In this document: positions 49,707 to 63,996 of the stretch, in pieces
Layout: each line of letters starts with the position of its first letter
Numbering within the stretch: the stretch's first letter is position 1
Assembly (NCBI RefSeq): GCF_963921235.1
Contig: NC_086097.1
Span: 240,872,001-240,936,000 of the forward strand
Direction: 5' to 3'
DNA from: Mobula hypostoma
Taxonomy: Eukaryota
DNA: 64,000 bases
Position numbers and translations under genes: made by a program
Notes under the pieces: generated by a model
What the model was told of the DNA's origin: nothing
Database searches by the model: none
Seen by the model: only the letters and a program-made list of their open reading frames with translations

Positions 49707-52700
49707 AATCAAGAAGCTATCAACTCCGCTTTAAATATACCCAATGACTTGGCCTCCACAGCTGCTTGTGGCGACAAATTCACATTGTTTCTGCCCCTTT
49801 TGTTTCCAAGCTCAGTCTTTAAAACACAACTTAAAAAAAAATACATTAAAGTTGCTGGAATTGTAAAGCATGTTTCCATCATCAGGGACAAGATCCCAAA
49901 GCTGGGATTTTCCTCGGCTTTTCCAGCAGTTCTGCCATACAGAAGTCCACAAGCTGCTGGCCCGAGCTGCTGTGGTTATTTCCCAGCTGTGCCCAATTGC
50001 TTGAGTCCCCATGGAGTCCAACAGTGCAGCAGAAGCCTGCTGAGAATTCCCAGCATCTACATTGGGGAAAGCTGCCCTCGGAACCTGCTCCGACACAAAA
50101 TCCCTTTGCCTTTCACTTCAATGGAGGTAGAAAGGAAACTGCTAAGGGCAAGAGACAAAGATTACCCTTTTCTTTATATTGTTCAGTTAAATGTAGTATT
50201 TGTAAGAGCCATGTATCCATCTTCTGTTTACTCTATTCTGTGTTGTGCGTTTCTATTATGGGTTACAGCAAGTTACCACATGGGTTTGGTGTTGTTGGTC
50301 CTTAGCTCCCACTGGAACATAGGCCATTGAAGACCATCTATCTCCATCCGCTCTCCACTCTGAGCCAGTTTCGAGGGTGAACCAGGAATGTTCCCGGCGT
50401 CTAATCTTGGCCTCACTGTCTCTCCTCCATGTGTTCTTTGGATGATCCTTTCTCCTCTTTCCTTGGGGATTCCATTTTTGTGTGTGGGAAGTAAATGAGG
50501 ATAGTCACATGTTCACTCTTTGTGCCGCTAGTTTAGTTAGAGAGGGAGTGAATGGTGAATGGATAACTTGTTGAGTGCTAATTTCACTATTGCCACACTA
50601 GTTTGGTTAACTTTGATCGCTATTTTTGAACGTTTGTCTTTTGTTGGTTTTGTATTAAAAGGTTCGAACATTCTTTCTTTCGACTTGGAACTCAGTTATT
50701 TGGAAGCACGTCACACAGTGTTAATTCCCTCACTCAGTCTCTCAGTGATTTTCAAGTAGCCTCTACAGTATTTAATAGTAATTAAATAGTAATTCTGCAG
50801 ATTCACAGACTGGAGGAGCAACTATTCACATTCCAATTACCGAAGCCCGATCAGAAGATCAGAATTGGAGGCCTGAGGGCTGAAGCCCTGGGCCTGCAAG
50901 TCTGCGAGTCCAGAGGAGGCTGCAAGCCTATTCCTAAGGTTGGAGGAGTGAGTGAGTGAGTGCGGACAGATAGATTGGAGGGAGGAAATGGGGCTCGTTT
51001 TGTTGTCTTTTGTTGCTGATGTTCTGAACATTCAGGGCATGCTATAAAACATGCACAAGATGTCGGAGGAACTCAGCAAATCAGACTGCACCTACGGAGA
51101 GGAATAAAGAGTTAGTGTTTCAGACAGTGACCCTTCATCAGGAATGGAAGGAACGGGAGCAGAAGCCAGAACAAGGTGGGGGAGGGGAAGGAGTAAAAGC
51201 TGGTGCACGGTCGAAGAGTCAGAGAGCAGCAGAGATCACAAGGGGGAGTAGCGACACAGGGTCTCACTGAACTCCTGAAAACAAGACTTAAGCTTCTTCA
51301 GGGTAGGCATACCTCGAAGAGACTTCACAGTGGAGCAGCTAACCATAAATCTGAAATAGACTGTTTATTCCTCTCCACAGATGCTACCTGGCTTGCTGAG
51401 TTCCTCCAGCATTTTGTACAACAATAATAAACCAATTTAAATACCGAGTTGATTTTACTTTTTAACATTAATTTTTTTTTCCTTTAAAATACATTTTAAT
51501 GACAGGCTTTTAAATATTTCTGGACATTTGAGACATTGGGAAATATTAACAAAAGCCATAAGAGCTTTGCCAGCAAACAAGCTAAGGACAAGGCTTTGGT
51601 AATCACCAGAGATGTGTGGTAGGGTTCTGCAGGCTGGGCTTCTTCTGTTCTGTCCCGACCCGAACACTCCAGTACAATGTAATTGGCCCAGCCACAGCTC
51701 AGGTCCTCACTAGTCAGCTTTCAAAGTTCCATTTGCCAGCGAGATCAGCAATCAGCACCCACAGAAGTGAGGCCCACTCAAAGCCCAATCTACAGTTTCT
51801 CCAACTTGGAATGTGAAATAATGCAAACCATTTTGATTTCCTCGCAGAGTTAAAAGATTAGCCTGATACATCACACACACACACATCAGAACATACAATG
51901 AAACGTGTTGCTTTGTGTCAGTGACCAACATTATCCAAGGATTGTGTGGGGGGTGGGGGGACAACCCCACAGTGTCACCATGCTTCCAGTGCCAACAGGG
52001 ATTACCCACTGCTTACTAACCCTAAACCGTACGTCTTCGGAAAGTGCGAGGAAACTGGAGCACCTGAAGCAAACACACATGGTCACGGGAAGAATAAAAA
52101 ACTCCTTACAGATATCAGCGGGAATGGAATCCCGATAAGTACCTGTAATCCACTAACCGGTTCACCACCAGAATCGGACATTGCTAACATAATTCACGTC
52201 AAAATACAGAATTCCCACAGAATTTTTTCCAAAAACTAAGGACACCATCAATAGGAAGGATTGCATTATAAAAATAATGCTGAGTTTTTAAAGGTGGGGG
52301 CACCAAAAGTCATACATTTGCTTGTAATCTTCCTCTTGGATAAAGTTTCTGATTAGAGGTGAGGCAAAGAGGGAGGATTAGAGGAAAAGACAGGCTAATT
52401 CCAAGTGAGTCACCATTGATGAGACAACAGATCTCCCTCCCTTCCAGTTTCCTGCTATCTCCCTGCTTTAGATCAGCTGCCAGCCTCTCTGGCAGAGAAT
52501 TAAGAATGATGAGAAGTTGAGCAATAGATTAACTTTGCAGAAAAAAAAAACCCTCAAGAACACTGGAGACATTTTAGTAGAAATTTGTTCTGTTTTTCAG
52601 TTGGAAAGGGACATGATTATGTTGGTTTCCAGGTCAACTTGAATTCTGGAAACTTGAGTGGGCAATTCTTGGATCAGCCATTTTCCATGGCAGACAGGCA

Positions 52701-54109
52701 ATCACTGATGCCAATCCCTATGCAGTGCTCTTTTAGAGCACTGCCAGGAGAAATTAGGTCAGGCCTTTCGGTATTTGATCTGTTGCAACCCAATTTAAAG
52801 GATGCCTTCTTGAGCAGGCCTCAGTCTGATATGAGGAACCCAATTCAATTAAGGCCTCAAATTTTACTTTGACTTTAATTAGCAAGGTACATGCATTTTA
52901 CTATATACTACAGTGAGATTTGTTTTCTTGCACATATTCACAGGAAAATAGAGGAATACAATAGAATTTCCAAGGCCATAAGAAATAGGAACAAAATCAG
53001 GCCAATAGGCCCATCAAGTCTGCTCCGCCATTCCACCACGGCAGATTTACTATCCTTTTGAAAAACTGTACATCAAATGTACATGTATAGAAAAACTATT
53101 CCCCAACTAAGACTAACAACCAATGTGCAAAACTGGAGGTCATAGGTTAAGGGTGAAAGGTGAAATATTTAAGGGAAACTTCTTCACTCAGAGGGTGGAC
53201 CAGGTGTGGAATGAGCAGTCGGCAGAAGTGGTGGATGGGGGTTCAATGTCAGCATTTATGGGATGTTTGGATAGGCACATGAACAGGAGGGGTGTGGAGG
53301 GCTGTGGTCCTGGTCAATGGGACTAGGCGAAATAGTCATTCAGCATATACGCCCAAGGACGGTAAAGTGCTTTAGGTTTCTTACTTGCTGGTTCTCCTTT
53401 GTGTCATTTCCCTCTCCCCTCCCCAGTAAAGCTCTCCACATAGCACCACCTTCTCCATTTCCTCCAGCCAATAAGCTTGGTACCCGGTCTCACTCACTCA
53501 GAACGCCTCAGGCCCCACCCACCTGACATCATGCCTTAAACCACCTACCCAGACCATCAATCACAGTGCCCAACTCTGACACCACCATCTCTCCAATAGC
53601 GTGACCCAGGTCAAACTCACCAGCACCTGACACACATCAAAGTACCACCCCTGCTGCCAGTCCCTGCCACACTGGGATTTTATCCACGCCACTTCCCAAC
53701 CCTTGGTTTGCCATTACTTGCATGCTGCACCGGACCAGAGGAACAGCCCTACGTGGATCCAAATTAGTGTGTTCTAGGATCTCAAAGTACATTTATTATC
53801 CAAGTATTGTAACACCACCTTGAGATTCAACTTCATGCAGGCAAGCCACAAAAGAAACACAATAGAACCTAATTAAAAACCCTAAAAATAATCAGCATGT
53901 AAAAAAAAAACAAATCATGCAAACAATAAACAAAAGTAAACAAACACAGAGAACATGAACTGCAGATTCCTCGAGAGCAAGTCCACAGCCACGGAGCCAG
54001 TTCAGAGCTATAGCCAGCCCAGAGCCCGATGGCTGCAGGTCGCAGCCACAGAACCAGTTCAGTGCTGAGGCAAGTAAAGCCTCACGGAGTAGTGAGCTTT
54101 TTAAAAAAA

Positions 54110-54440
54110 ATTATTCATTTACAGGATGTGCGCGTCGCCAGCAAAGCCAGCTTTTGTTGCCCATCCCTAGTTGCCCTCAAGAAGGTGGTGATGAGCTGCC
54201 TTCTTGAACTGCTGCAGTCCCTGAGGTGTAGATACACCCGCAGTGCTGTTAGGGAGGGAACTCCATGATTTTGACCCAGCGACCTTGTAGGAACAGCAAA
54301 ATGTTCCACGTGAGTGATTTGGAGAGGGATTTTCAACAGGTGGTGCTCCCAAGTATCTGCTGTTCTCGTCCTTCTACATGGTGGTGGTCGTGGGTCTGGA
54401 AGGTGCTGCCTTTGGTGTGCATCTTGTAGATTGTATACAT
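54110..54440 (-). mobile_element. CR1/L2-group LINE 3' end
   Basis: Encodes GSKSWSSLPNSTAGVSTPQGLQQFKKAAHHHLL, a typical W.SLP...FK LINE C-terminus. Confidence 0.7.
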
Positions 54441-55309
54441 TGCTGAACACCAGTTCATCCTTTCCCCTTGGCCTCGGTGCTTTAACCTTTTTAATATCGG
54501 GCTCAATGATTAAGACTGTTAAACAATAATTCATTTTCCCTTCCAGGCCCGGGCCCCGCTGCTTTGAACAGGCCCGAAGTCCGCTCCAGCAACGACCGCC
54601 GTGGCTGTACCTGCATTCTCAAGAGTCCACTTTGACGAATCCTTCAGGATGTCAGTCTCAGCCGCTACTGAATTTATAAGAGACTAATCCAAAAGTGAAA
54701 TGGTCTTTGCTCACCACACAGCAATTGTTGAATTTCAAAGCTCTTATCTCTAAAGTCAACCTGAACACTGAGATTCTAAATCTGCTTGTAATCAGGAGTG
54801 CCAACCTTTATCTATAAAGCAGCATTCGTTCTCCGTCCGATATTCTTTCCCATTAAACAGTTGGAACAAGCAGGGTAATCAACAGTGAATTTTTATTTAC
54901 TAGCCTCTCAAGCTTCCAGTTACATAATCCTTTACTGATTAATTATACTGAAGATTAAATTTAAGGTTAGCTTTATTTGTCACATGTACATGGAAACACA
55001 GTGAAATGCATTAGGGATCTGCTGGGGACAGTCCCCAAGCTTCACCACACTTTCATCACCAACAAAGCATGCCCACAGCTCACTAACTTTAACCCATACA
55101 TCTTTAGATTGTGGGAGGAGACTGGAACACCCGGGGGAGGGGGAACCCCTGGGGAGAACGTACAAACTCCTTACAGACAATGGTGGGAACTGGATCCTGA
55201 TCTTACAGCTGGTGCTGTAAAGTATTAAACTAACCGCTATGCTACTATGCCGCAGGTATGTGTACACGTCTGCTTATCTACTGATGTATACATAAGCACG
55301 GCTGCTCGT

Positions 55310-55654
55310 TATGCGCCGTGTCGTTTCACGTGGGCAACAGCGGTGTTTCCATCGCCATGATTGTGCTTGGCCTTTGCCATTGCCTTCTTCTGGGCAAGAT
55401 GGCCGACACCAGCTATAATCAATATTCTTCAGTGATTGTCTGCCTGGTGTCAACGGTTGTATAACCAGTACTTGCGATATATACCAGTTGCACATAGGAC
55501 CATCCACCATCTGCTCCCATGGCTTCACGTGACCCTAATCGGCTGGAGGGGGAGCGCCTAACCAGGTGCTTGCCCAGGGGTGACCTGCAGGCTCACAGAG
55601 GGAAGGAGCACCTTATACCTCCTTTGGTAGAGACGTATCTCCATCCTGCCACCC
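55310..55654 (-). mobile_element. SINE-like element with RTE (BovB-like) tail
   Basis: Antisense CCCAGAAGAAGGCAATGGCAAA resembles the RTE 3' motif GAAGGCAATGGCAA. Confidence 0.55.
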
Positions 55655-55829
55655 AACATAAACAGGTATGTACACAAAATATACACAAAAATATGCAAAG
55701 GATTTCACAATAGGCAGTTTGAAGCAATAAAAAAGTCTCACTACGTACAAGTAGTTGCTAGTTGCCATTGACTTTTGCTGAGATGATCACATCTCTTGTA
55801 AAAAGGAATTCTTTCCATCCCAAGTTTCA

Positions 55830-56200
55830 AAGAATGAGGCGGGGAATCTCACTGAAGCCTATCAAATATTGAAAGACTTCGATAGAGTGGACACAGAGAG
55901 GATGGTTCCTAAGGTGGGAGAGTCTAAGACCAGAGGACACAGCCTCAGAATAGAAGGGCGTCTATTTAGAATGGGGATGAGGAGGAATTTCTTTAGCCAG
56001 GTGGAGGTGCATTTGTGGAATTCCTTGCCACAGACAGCTGTGCAGGCCAGGTCATTGGGTGTATTTAAGGCAGAGGATGACAGGTTTTTGATTGGTCAAG
56101 AAGTGAAAGGTTACGGGTTGAAGCAGGAGAATGCAGTTGAGAGAGAAACAGAGCAGACTTGATGGGTCGAATGGCCTTATTCTGTTCTCATGTCATATGG
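55830..56200 (+). mobile_element. CR1/HER1 3' fragment
   Basis: KTRGHSLRIEGR..RRNFFSQ..V.LWNSLP. Confidence 0.85.
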
Positions 56201-56894
56201 TTTAAGTTCAGTTGTGTTTGGATTTAGAGTTGGAAGTAATCATTTAATTGCCCAATTACCTGAATTGTTTCCAAAAACAACATATGATGGTGTGCACATA
56301 TACAACAATATTAAAATGCTACCACAATGAAAGATTCAGAGCTCTACAGACGAGCAGTGTTCTCTACTGAGCTGGTTGGGTTGACATGATTAACCTTCAT
56401 GCCCTAGGGCTAAGAAGAAGGAAAGTAAAAGATCTCTGTCAATAGAACCCTCCTGAAAACAAGCATTCATCTTGCCGCCTGACAGGATTGGACTTGGCAC
56501 GGTACCTCCTCCACTTCAAATACTGTGCTAGGCTTCAAAGAACGCTCATTCGATTGTGGTTGTGGTGCCGAAGGATTGTCAGTGCCTGGAGTACTGTACC
56601 CCAACTTGGGTCATCACCTTCACAAGAGGATGAGCTAACATCACAGGAGAATAAGTAGTACAACACTAACCGATCAATCCAGAAACGCGATGACGCTAAA
56701 AGACGATTGATTTTATTGGCAGCCGTTTCCTGAACGGCAAGTTCACCCAAAAGAAAATCATGTTAAGACTCATAAATGTCCCTGAAGATTAGCCAGTAGA
56801 AACTCTGGAGGCATTTTGAGAGAAACTTGGATTGGCACTTGAATGATAGAAAAATAAAGGGCTATGTTCGAGGGAAGGGTTAGACTAAATCGTG

Positions 56895-57420
56895 GAGAGC
56901 AGTCTGACTGGGTGTTACCATCTGGTATGAGGGTGGGGGCTACTGCACAGGATCGAAGTAAGCCGCAGAAAGCTGTAAACTCGGTCAGCTCCAATGTGGG
57001 CACTAGCCTCCACAGTATCCAGGACATCATCTAGGAGTGATGCCTCAGAAAGGTGGCATCCATCATTAAGGACCCTCTCTCCCCCGCCCCTCCCATTACC
57101 AAGGAGATGACCTCTTTTCATTTCTATCATCAGGAAGGAGGCGCAAAAGCCTGAAGGCACACACTCAAAGATTCAGGTACAGTTTCTTCCACTTTACCAT
57201 CTGATTTCTGAATGGATATTGAACCCATGAGCATTACCTCACTACTTTTTTAAAAACTTTTTTTTTGCACTACTTAACTATTATAATATATACATATATA
57301 CAGTATATACTTCCTGCAATTAGGGTTATTTTTTCTCTATTATGTACTGCATTGTGCTGCTACTATAAAGGTAGCAAATTTCACGACATATGCTGGTGAT
57401 ATTAAACCTGATTCTGATTT
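56895..57420 (+). mobile_element. Rex1/Babar-like LINE 3' fragment
   Basis: ESSLTG..T.WY..AQDRSKPQKAV.., IIKDP, (GATTCT)n tail. Confidence 0.75.
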
Positions 57421-58479
57421 TAGAGTAGGTTAAAAAGTTGGCAGAACATCTAGTCTTGGATTTCTAGTGCAATACTGCAAGGTAATGCTCTATGTTCTAA
57501 CTACACTTAGTTTTATGGAACTGTTCAATCTGGAGATGACATTGACCAGAATTGCCTTCAGAAGTCAAGAATGAGGTGCAAATCTTGTGGTTACTGTCAT
57601 TTTATTAAATGTTAACAAAGAAATACCAGTGAAACACCATGAGTACATAACACGTTAAGTGACTCCAACTGTAACCAACATAGAACCTGTCTCATGGACT
57701 TTCTTTCTACTGAAAACTGGTTCAAGCTGGCCAGATCAGGGAATTTTCTCTGATAAGAACAGCCTGTGAGACAAAAAGAACAGTTTTGATTTATGCAGCC
57801 ATGACATCTCAGACTCACAAAGAAACTGCTAACCAGCTATATTACAAATTACTGATAATCCACTGAACATTTGCAAACAGGTGATTATACAAGCCATCTA
57901 TCTTGAAGGACCCTCACCACCAAAGGACATGCCACCTTCTCCTCGCAATGATCATGGAGAAGGAACGAAGTCAGAAGGCTCACACTCAAAATCTGAGGAG
58001 CAGATTCTTCCCCAACAGACTCTTGAACTGTCCACAAACCCATGTATACTATCTCTCTTTTCCTTATTTAGATTATTTATTTCTTATTGTAAATTATAGA
58101 ATTTTTACACCTTGCACTGTACTGCTGCCACAAAACAAATTTCATAAAATAGGTTAGTAATGGTAAACACGATTCTGATTCCTAATTGGGTAAATTAACT
58201 AGTGAGAGGACCTCATGAAGCGTAAACAGTGAAAACGCTATGTCTCTTCAGATGCTGCCACAAATTCAAGCCAGCTCCTCAATAACTTTCCTATAAATCT
58301 GAGGATCTGGACTGTGAGTGCAAGTGGATGCTTCACTTCATCGGGTGACCGCAATCAGTAATACCATCATCTCCATAACGACGATCAACACAGGCACACC
58401 TCAAGGATGCGTGCTCAGCCCACTGCTCTACTCTCTCCACACTCTACTGTGGGGCTAGGTGCAGTATGAAAGCTATCTG

Positions 58480-58990
58480 CAGTACTGTGGAGAAGCCTTA
58501 GGCACATATATATAGCTAAGGTACCCAAGATTTTTTGCACAGCACCGTAGTAATTTTATGTATTACATGGTACTGCTGCCACAAAAAAAAACAAATTTCA
58601 TGACATGTGAGTGATGATAAACCTGATTACCTGATTCTGAAATGGGTCTCTATTGTGGACTGAAAGCGGGAAAGGGGCAGGGAGAGGGGAATCATGGTTG
58701 GGAAAAGGGAAAGGGAGAGAGGAGACAGCAGAAAGCACTAGAAGGACATTCGGTAATGATCAATAAACCAATTATTTGGAATCAAATAACCTTGCCTGAT
58801 GTCTCAAGGTTGGGTGTGTCTACACCCTCACCATCTCCTGCCCCTTGGCACTCTTTCTCGGCCGCCTGTCCCACACCCCTCCCGTGGCGCTCCATCCTCG
58901 CCAGTCTGAACATCCTTTGCTCCTGCCAGATTTACACACACACTCTCTCCACTCCATGTGACTGGTCAAAAGTTTTAGGCACATATACAC
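58480..58990. mobile_element. Second copy of the MITE-bounded composite element
   Basis: Palindromic CAGTACTGTG..TTAGGCAC-ATATATATAG..GGTACCCAAGATTTTTTGCACAG, then a body homologous to 22460-22900. Confidence 0.65.
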
Positions 58991-61599
58991 ACCTGGACAC
59001 CTCCACAGGATCACAACTCAAGGCACGTGGAGGAACCATGAGGAGAAAAATCAGCAACTTTGTAGATTCCAGGATTTCTTTAAAAAGTTAGAAGAGGTTG
59101 TTACCAGTGCTTGAGGATTTGAGCAACATCATCTTACAAGAATGGTGCTGGGACTTGGGATCTAAAGTACAGTGAAAGGCTGAATTGGTCAGGACCCTAT
59201 TCCCTGAAGCGCAGGAAAATGAGGGAGGATTTGATAGAGGTATACAAAATAATGAATATAGCAAGTAGGCTTTTTCCCCTGAGTTTGGGAAAGACGAGAA
59301 CTAAAGGTCATGGGTTAAGCGTGCAAGCGTTTAAGGGAAACATGAGGGGAAACTTCCCTCAGGGTGGTGAGAGTGTGGGATGAGCTGCCAGTGGAAGTGG
59401 TAGAGGATACGGATTTGATTTCAATATTTGAGGTTTGCATAAGTACATGGACGGGAGGGGTATGGCTGGCTATGGTCCAGAAGCAGGTCTATGGGAGTAG
59501 GCAGAATAATAATTTGGCACTGACTAGAAAGAGCTGAAAAGCCAGTTTCTGTGCTGTAGTGTTCAATGACTTTTAAAATAAAACAACAACAAACTACTGG
59601 GGGGGATGCAGCAGAACTAGCTGAATTTTGCTCATCTAGAGCTTCTGTAAAGATATTCTGTGTAGCACACAGAATTTGGATTACATGTTTTGAGGCACAG
59701 GGCCTCATTTTAAGGTGACTGGAGGAAGTTAAAGGGGGAGGGAATGTTGGAAGTAAGTTTTATGTTTGCACAGAGTGATGAGTGTTTGGAATACATTGCC
59801 AGGGTGGTGGTAGAGATGGGTACATAAGGGACATTTAGGAAACTCTTTGATAGGCACATGGAAGATTGGAGAATGCGGGAGAAAAGGGTTAGATTGATCT
59901 TAGAACGTGTTAAAAAGGACGGTGCAAAATTGTGGGCCAAAGCCCCCTGAATGTGCTGTGACATTCCATGTCCTATGTTAGCATTTCTGGGCCGTGGACC
60001 AACACCATTAAGCGAGGTGTCCATGGACCCCAGGTTGGGAACACCTGATTACAGGTCTTTTCCACCAAAACTTATAACAAAGCCATCAATCAAATCCTAG
60101 CAACCTATCAGTTCAATCTTCTCATTATGTATTTACTCAACTGAGCTACTGTTTACAACCACAGGCATCCTCACAGTGAAATTGTTTCTCTTCTGACAGT
60201 CAGCATCTGTATAATTGCCCAGCCAATAGAGGTCTCTTGAACAAAACTATTCCAAAGCCAAGCTCAGGGAAAAAAAAAGGCAGTGCGCAACAAGGAAATC
60301 ATGCCTTCCTGTGTAAATAGTAAGTAGGCCATGAGCTTGGTTGTTTGTCTAGTGCAATTACAGCCTGTAAGAAAAGGCAATTTGATAAATGTGTTGCTCT
60401 TGCAGGCAGATTAAAGAAAATGTGCAAAGGGAGGAGGTTTGAAATTAATGAAGAGTCAGGGGACAAACAGAGACTAAATTTAGGCAAATGCTGTCAAATT
60501 CTTAGAAGGTTCTGCCAATTGAGGCTGTCTAACAAATCAGAACCATTTCTCTTTTCTCAGGCTCTGCAGACTGATTGATTCTACTCATTATTTGGTCTGA
60601 TCTCATTTTCACACATGCAAGAAATATGAAATCCAGATGTTCATTTGTAGCTGGACACAGTGAACAACTGCCTATCTGCACAAAGTCCTCCAATGCCGGC
60701 TAACAGACCCCCCTTTGCAGAGTACACAATGGCTCACTTTATACACAGAGGAGGTTCTGTAACCAATTTGAGACCAAAAGGCCACCAGCCATTACAAACC
60801 ACATTTTTAAGTACATGCGGTAGTGCGATCAGTCAAGTCGGGTATGATGTTCTCCGAAGGGGTTGCCTGCTGTCGGGTCCTCAAGCGGCTGTAGAGGCCG
60901 ATCTGGGATCCATATAAACGGAAAGCGCCTGCAGGCGACTCTGTTTAACGTGGGGAGGCTGATACTCAAGCAGCCGTTACATGGTTCTTGACAGATCAGT
61001 GTTAGGTCCCAATGGCATGGAGCACAGGACAACTGGGGATCCTTCAATGCTACAGCCTTACTCTGCCTTCACTGCCATTGTGAAGTGCTGTCAACTTCCA
61101 CCAGTTCCACCATGGAGGTCTTGACTGGATTACTTTTTGTCTGGAACCTCTCCCTTGATCTTACTGCCACAGGTGACCCTACCAGGATCAAAGCGCCGGA
61201 TGGTGAACTTTCAATCCTCTCTACCACGACAACGTACTGGTCCTTGGAGATGACAATCTTTTCAGAAGCCTTATACTATGAGGGCACTATGAAACTTGTG
61301 CTTAACTGCTCAAAGTAGTCTTTACAGAATTCAAATAACCTCATCACAGATCCTGCTCAAAGCAAAATTTGGTATTAATGCACAATATTAAGAGTTTGGC
61401 AACTGATCAAAATCTGCAATAAAAAAGGAATTAAGATTTCAAATTGATGCAGAATAATCTTGCAGTGCATGGCAGGAATTAACTTTAGGAATATAATTGC
61501 AATTAATGCAGAAGACATTGAAGTGGTTTCATCTTAGTGTGGTAGTATATGTTGCCTGACTGGCAATTTGCTATACAAGTTGAACCAACATTTAAATCA

Positions 61600-62080
61600 A
61601 TAAGATTGAAAAAGCACAGTGAAAATTTACAAGGATGATGCGGGGTCTAGAGGACCTGAGTTATAGGAAAATGTTGAATAGATTAGGACTTTATTCCTTG
61701 GGTATTAAGAGAATGAGGGGAGATTTGATCGAGGTATACAAAATTATGAGGGGTATAGATAGGGTAAATGCAAGCAGGCTTTTTTCCACCGAGTTTGGGT
61801 GAGACTAAAACTAAAAGTTATAGGTTAAGAGTGAAAGATGAAATGTTTAAAGAGAACTTCTTCACTCAGAGGGTGGTGAGAGTGTGGAATGAGCTGACAG
61901 CTGAAGCAGTGGATGTGGGTTCAATTACAACATTTAAGAGAAAGTTGGATTAAGTGTATGGTTGGTAAGGGTATGAAGGGCTATGGCCCAGGTTTGGTTC
62001 CCCGGGACTTGGCAGAACAGTTTGGCACGTACTAGATGGGCCGAAGGGCTCGTTTCTGCACAGTAGTGCTCTACGACTCA
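61600..62080 (+). mobile_element. CR1-type LINE 3' fragment
   Basis: RMRGDLIEVYKIMRGIDRV, FFTQRVVRVWNEL. Confidence 0.85.
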
Positions 62081-63254
62081 CGATGATCTGGTGTGTGAAG
62101 CCTTGTAGTGACATAGGCACACTGCTCCACCTTATCTGTGAGCTCAAGGTATGCTGGAGTTTACCCTCGAATGAGCTCGCACTGATTTCCCCTTTGACAA
62201 AAACCGACAACAGCAGTGACACAGCGATTTGATATGCGGAAGTTACTCTCACAGGATGAACGACTACTAGATTGATCGTGGTCAGTGTTTGTTACTTGAT
62301 ACACAGTTTTAAATCTACCCTGCGCTGCGCTGTCAGATTATTTCTTGTTACACAAGTTCAGCAGAAGCCAAGCAGTATGTAAGGGGAAAGGGATGAGAGG
62401 AAAACAAATAACTTTTTTCAGTTTTTTTTTTAAAAACCACAAGTACTGTATTGACAGATCATAATGACCTACGTATCAGAGATTAAACTTCCTTTTCAGT
62501 CCGCATTTTTTAAATTGGGTGTAACATCCATTATTTTAAATTTCAACCCTTTCTGCGAGTTCTGCACACTGCCACACATCAATTTTAAAACTGCACTCGG
62601 CTTTTGTGAAAAGCGGCAAGTGAGGCTTTGTCCAAGCCTTTTACCTTCTAGCATTGTTTCCGTGGTTGTGGCATTGAGGGGAAATTTTACGCTTCAGTGC
62701 CCAGTGAAAATCTCAATAGAAGCCTGTGTTTGCTGGCAGAGGATTGGACCTCTTTCTCCCAATCATCCAAATAACCTTTCCAATGATAGCCGAGCTCTCA
62801 CAAATTTTTACGAACATATAATTCATGGATGTTTTAAATAGTTTTTAAAAAAATTAGCCTGAAAAATATAATGCCCACATGATGGACATTAAGACTGATT
62901 AGGACTTAATTTTTACATTTCATAATTGACACTAATTCACACATAATCTTGCAAGAAGGTTGAGAATGCAAGAGGAATGTCCTCATTATCGATACACGAG
63001 GAGATGATTGGTTAAAATCACAGTGAGCAATGATTAAAATATTAGCTGATGATTTTCTGAAGGATAAACCCAGAATGATAGAGACTGTCTTTTAAGTTAG
63101 ATCACAAGAGCACAGGAGCAAAATTAGTCCACTCAGCTCTTCACCATTCTATCATAGCTGACTTATTATCCTTCTTTACTCCACTCTTCTGCCTTCTCCC
63201 TGTAACCTTTGGCACCTTTACTAATCAAGAACCTATCAACCTCTGCTTTAAATA

Positions 63255-63996
63255 CAGTGGATTATGGTTAATTGGAACAGATAGGGACTAGGTACATTTT
63301 GGCCCAATTAGCCGAAGCTTCATGGAAATAGTTAAAAAGCGATTAAAAAAGACAAACCGAGTAACAAATTATGTACTTTATTGAAATACAGAACAAATTA
63401 GAATACTACCAATACTACTACAATACTATAAAACTTTATACTAGTTCCTAATATTTATCGACAGGAATTCATCTGCATCGCATTCTTTTGACTGTAAATG
63501 AACAAAATCAATGCAGTCACCTAGTGCAGATAATGGACAGTCTTCACACAATGCTGTCAGCAATTGCATCCTCCAAATCTTCTTCATCATTGTATCATTC
63601 AAGATGACGGTCAATAACTTCAAGTTCTTCATAGTTCCCAACTTGAAGTAGTGAAATCGTTTTAATTTTCACTCCCAACTGTTTCTGGCATCTCTAAGCA
63701 AATGCTTGAAATTATAGTGAGCAAAACAGTTCTGAATTGTCAGCCTGCTTATTTCTCACCAACTATCAGAGATTTTTTAAAAATTGGCTGCTTTACGAAC
63801 ACACACACACACTACTGACTCTATTTAGAATGATCGGCAACAGTCTCCTGCCCCAATTAAGCAACAAAGTGTCCCAAATAAACAAAGTAAATTCCAGTTA
63901 TTTTCTCAACCAGTTTTTCATGTTGTTTTTTTTTAAAATAAGCCAAATAAGCAACTTCCCAAATTAACAGATGGTCCCGTTAACCAGAATCTGCTA
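63255..63996. mobile_element. Non-autonomous pogo/Tigger-like element
   Basis: TA-CAGTGGATTATGGTTAATTGG ... GTCCCGTTAACCAGAATC. A related fragment lies at ~31610-31865. Confidence 0.65.

Noticed and set aside
49647..50330. 227-aa ORF
   Set aside because: Starts within SINE/CR1 debris at a non-ATG codon and has no domain signature.
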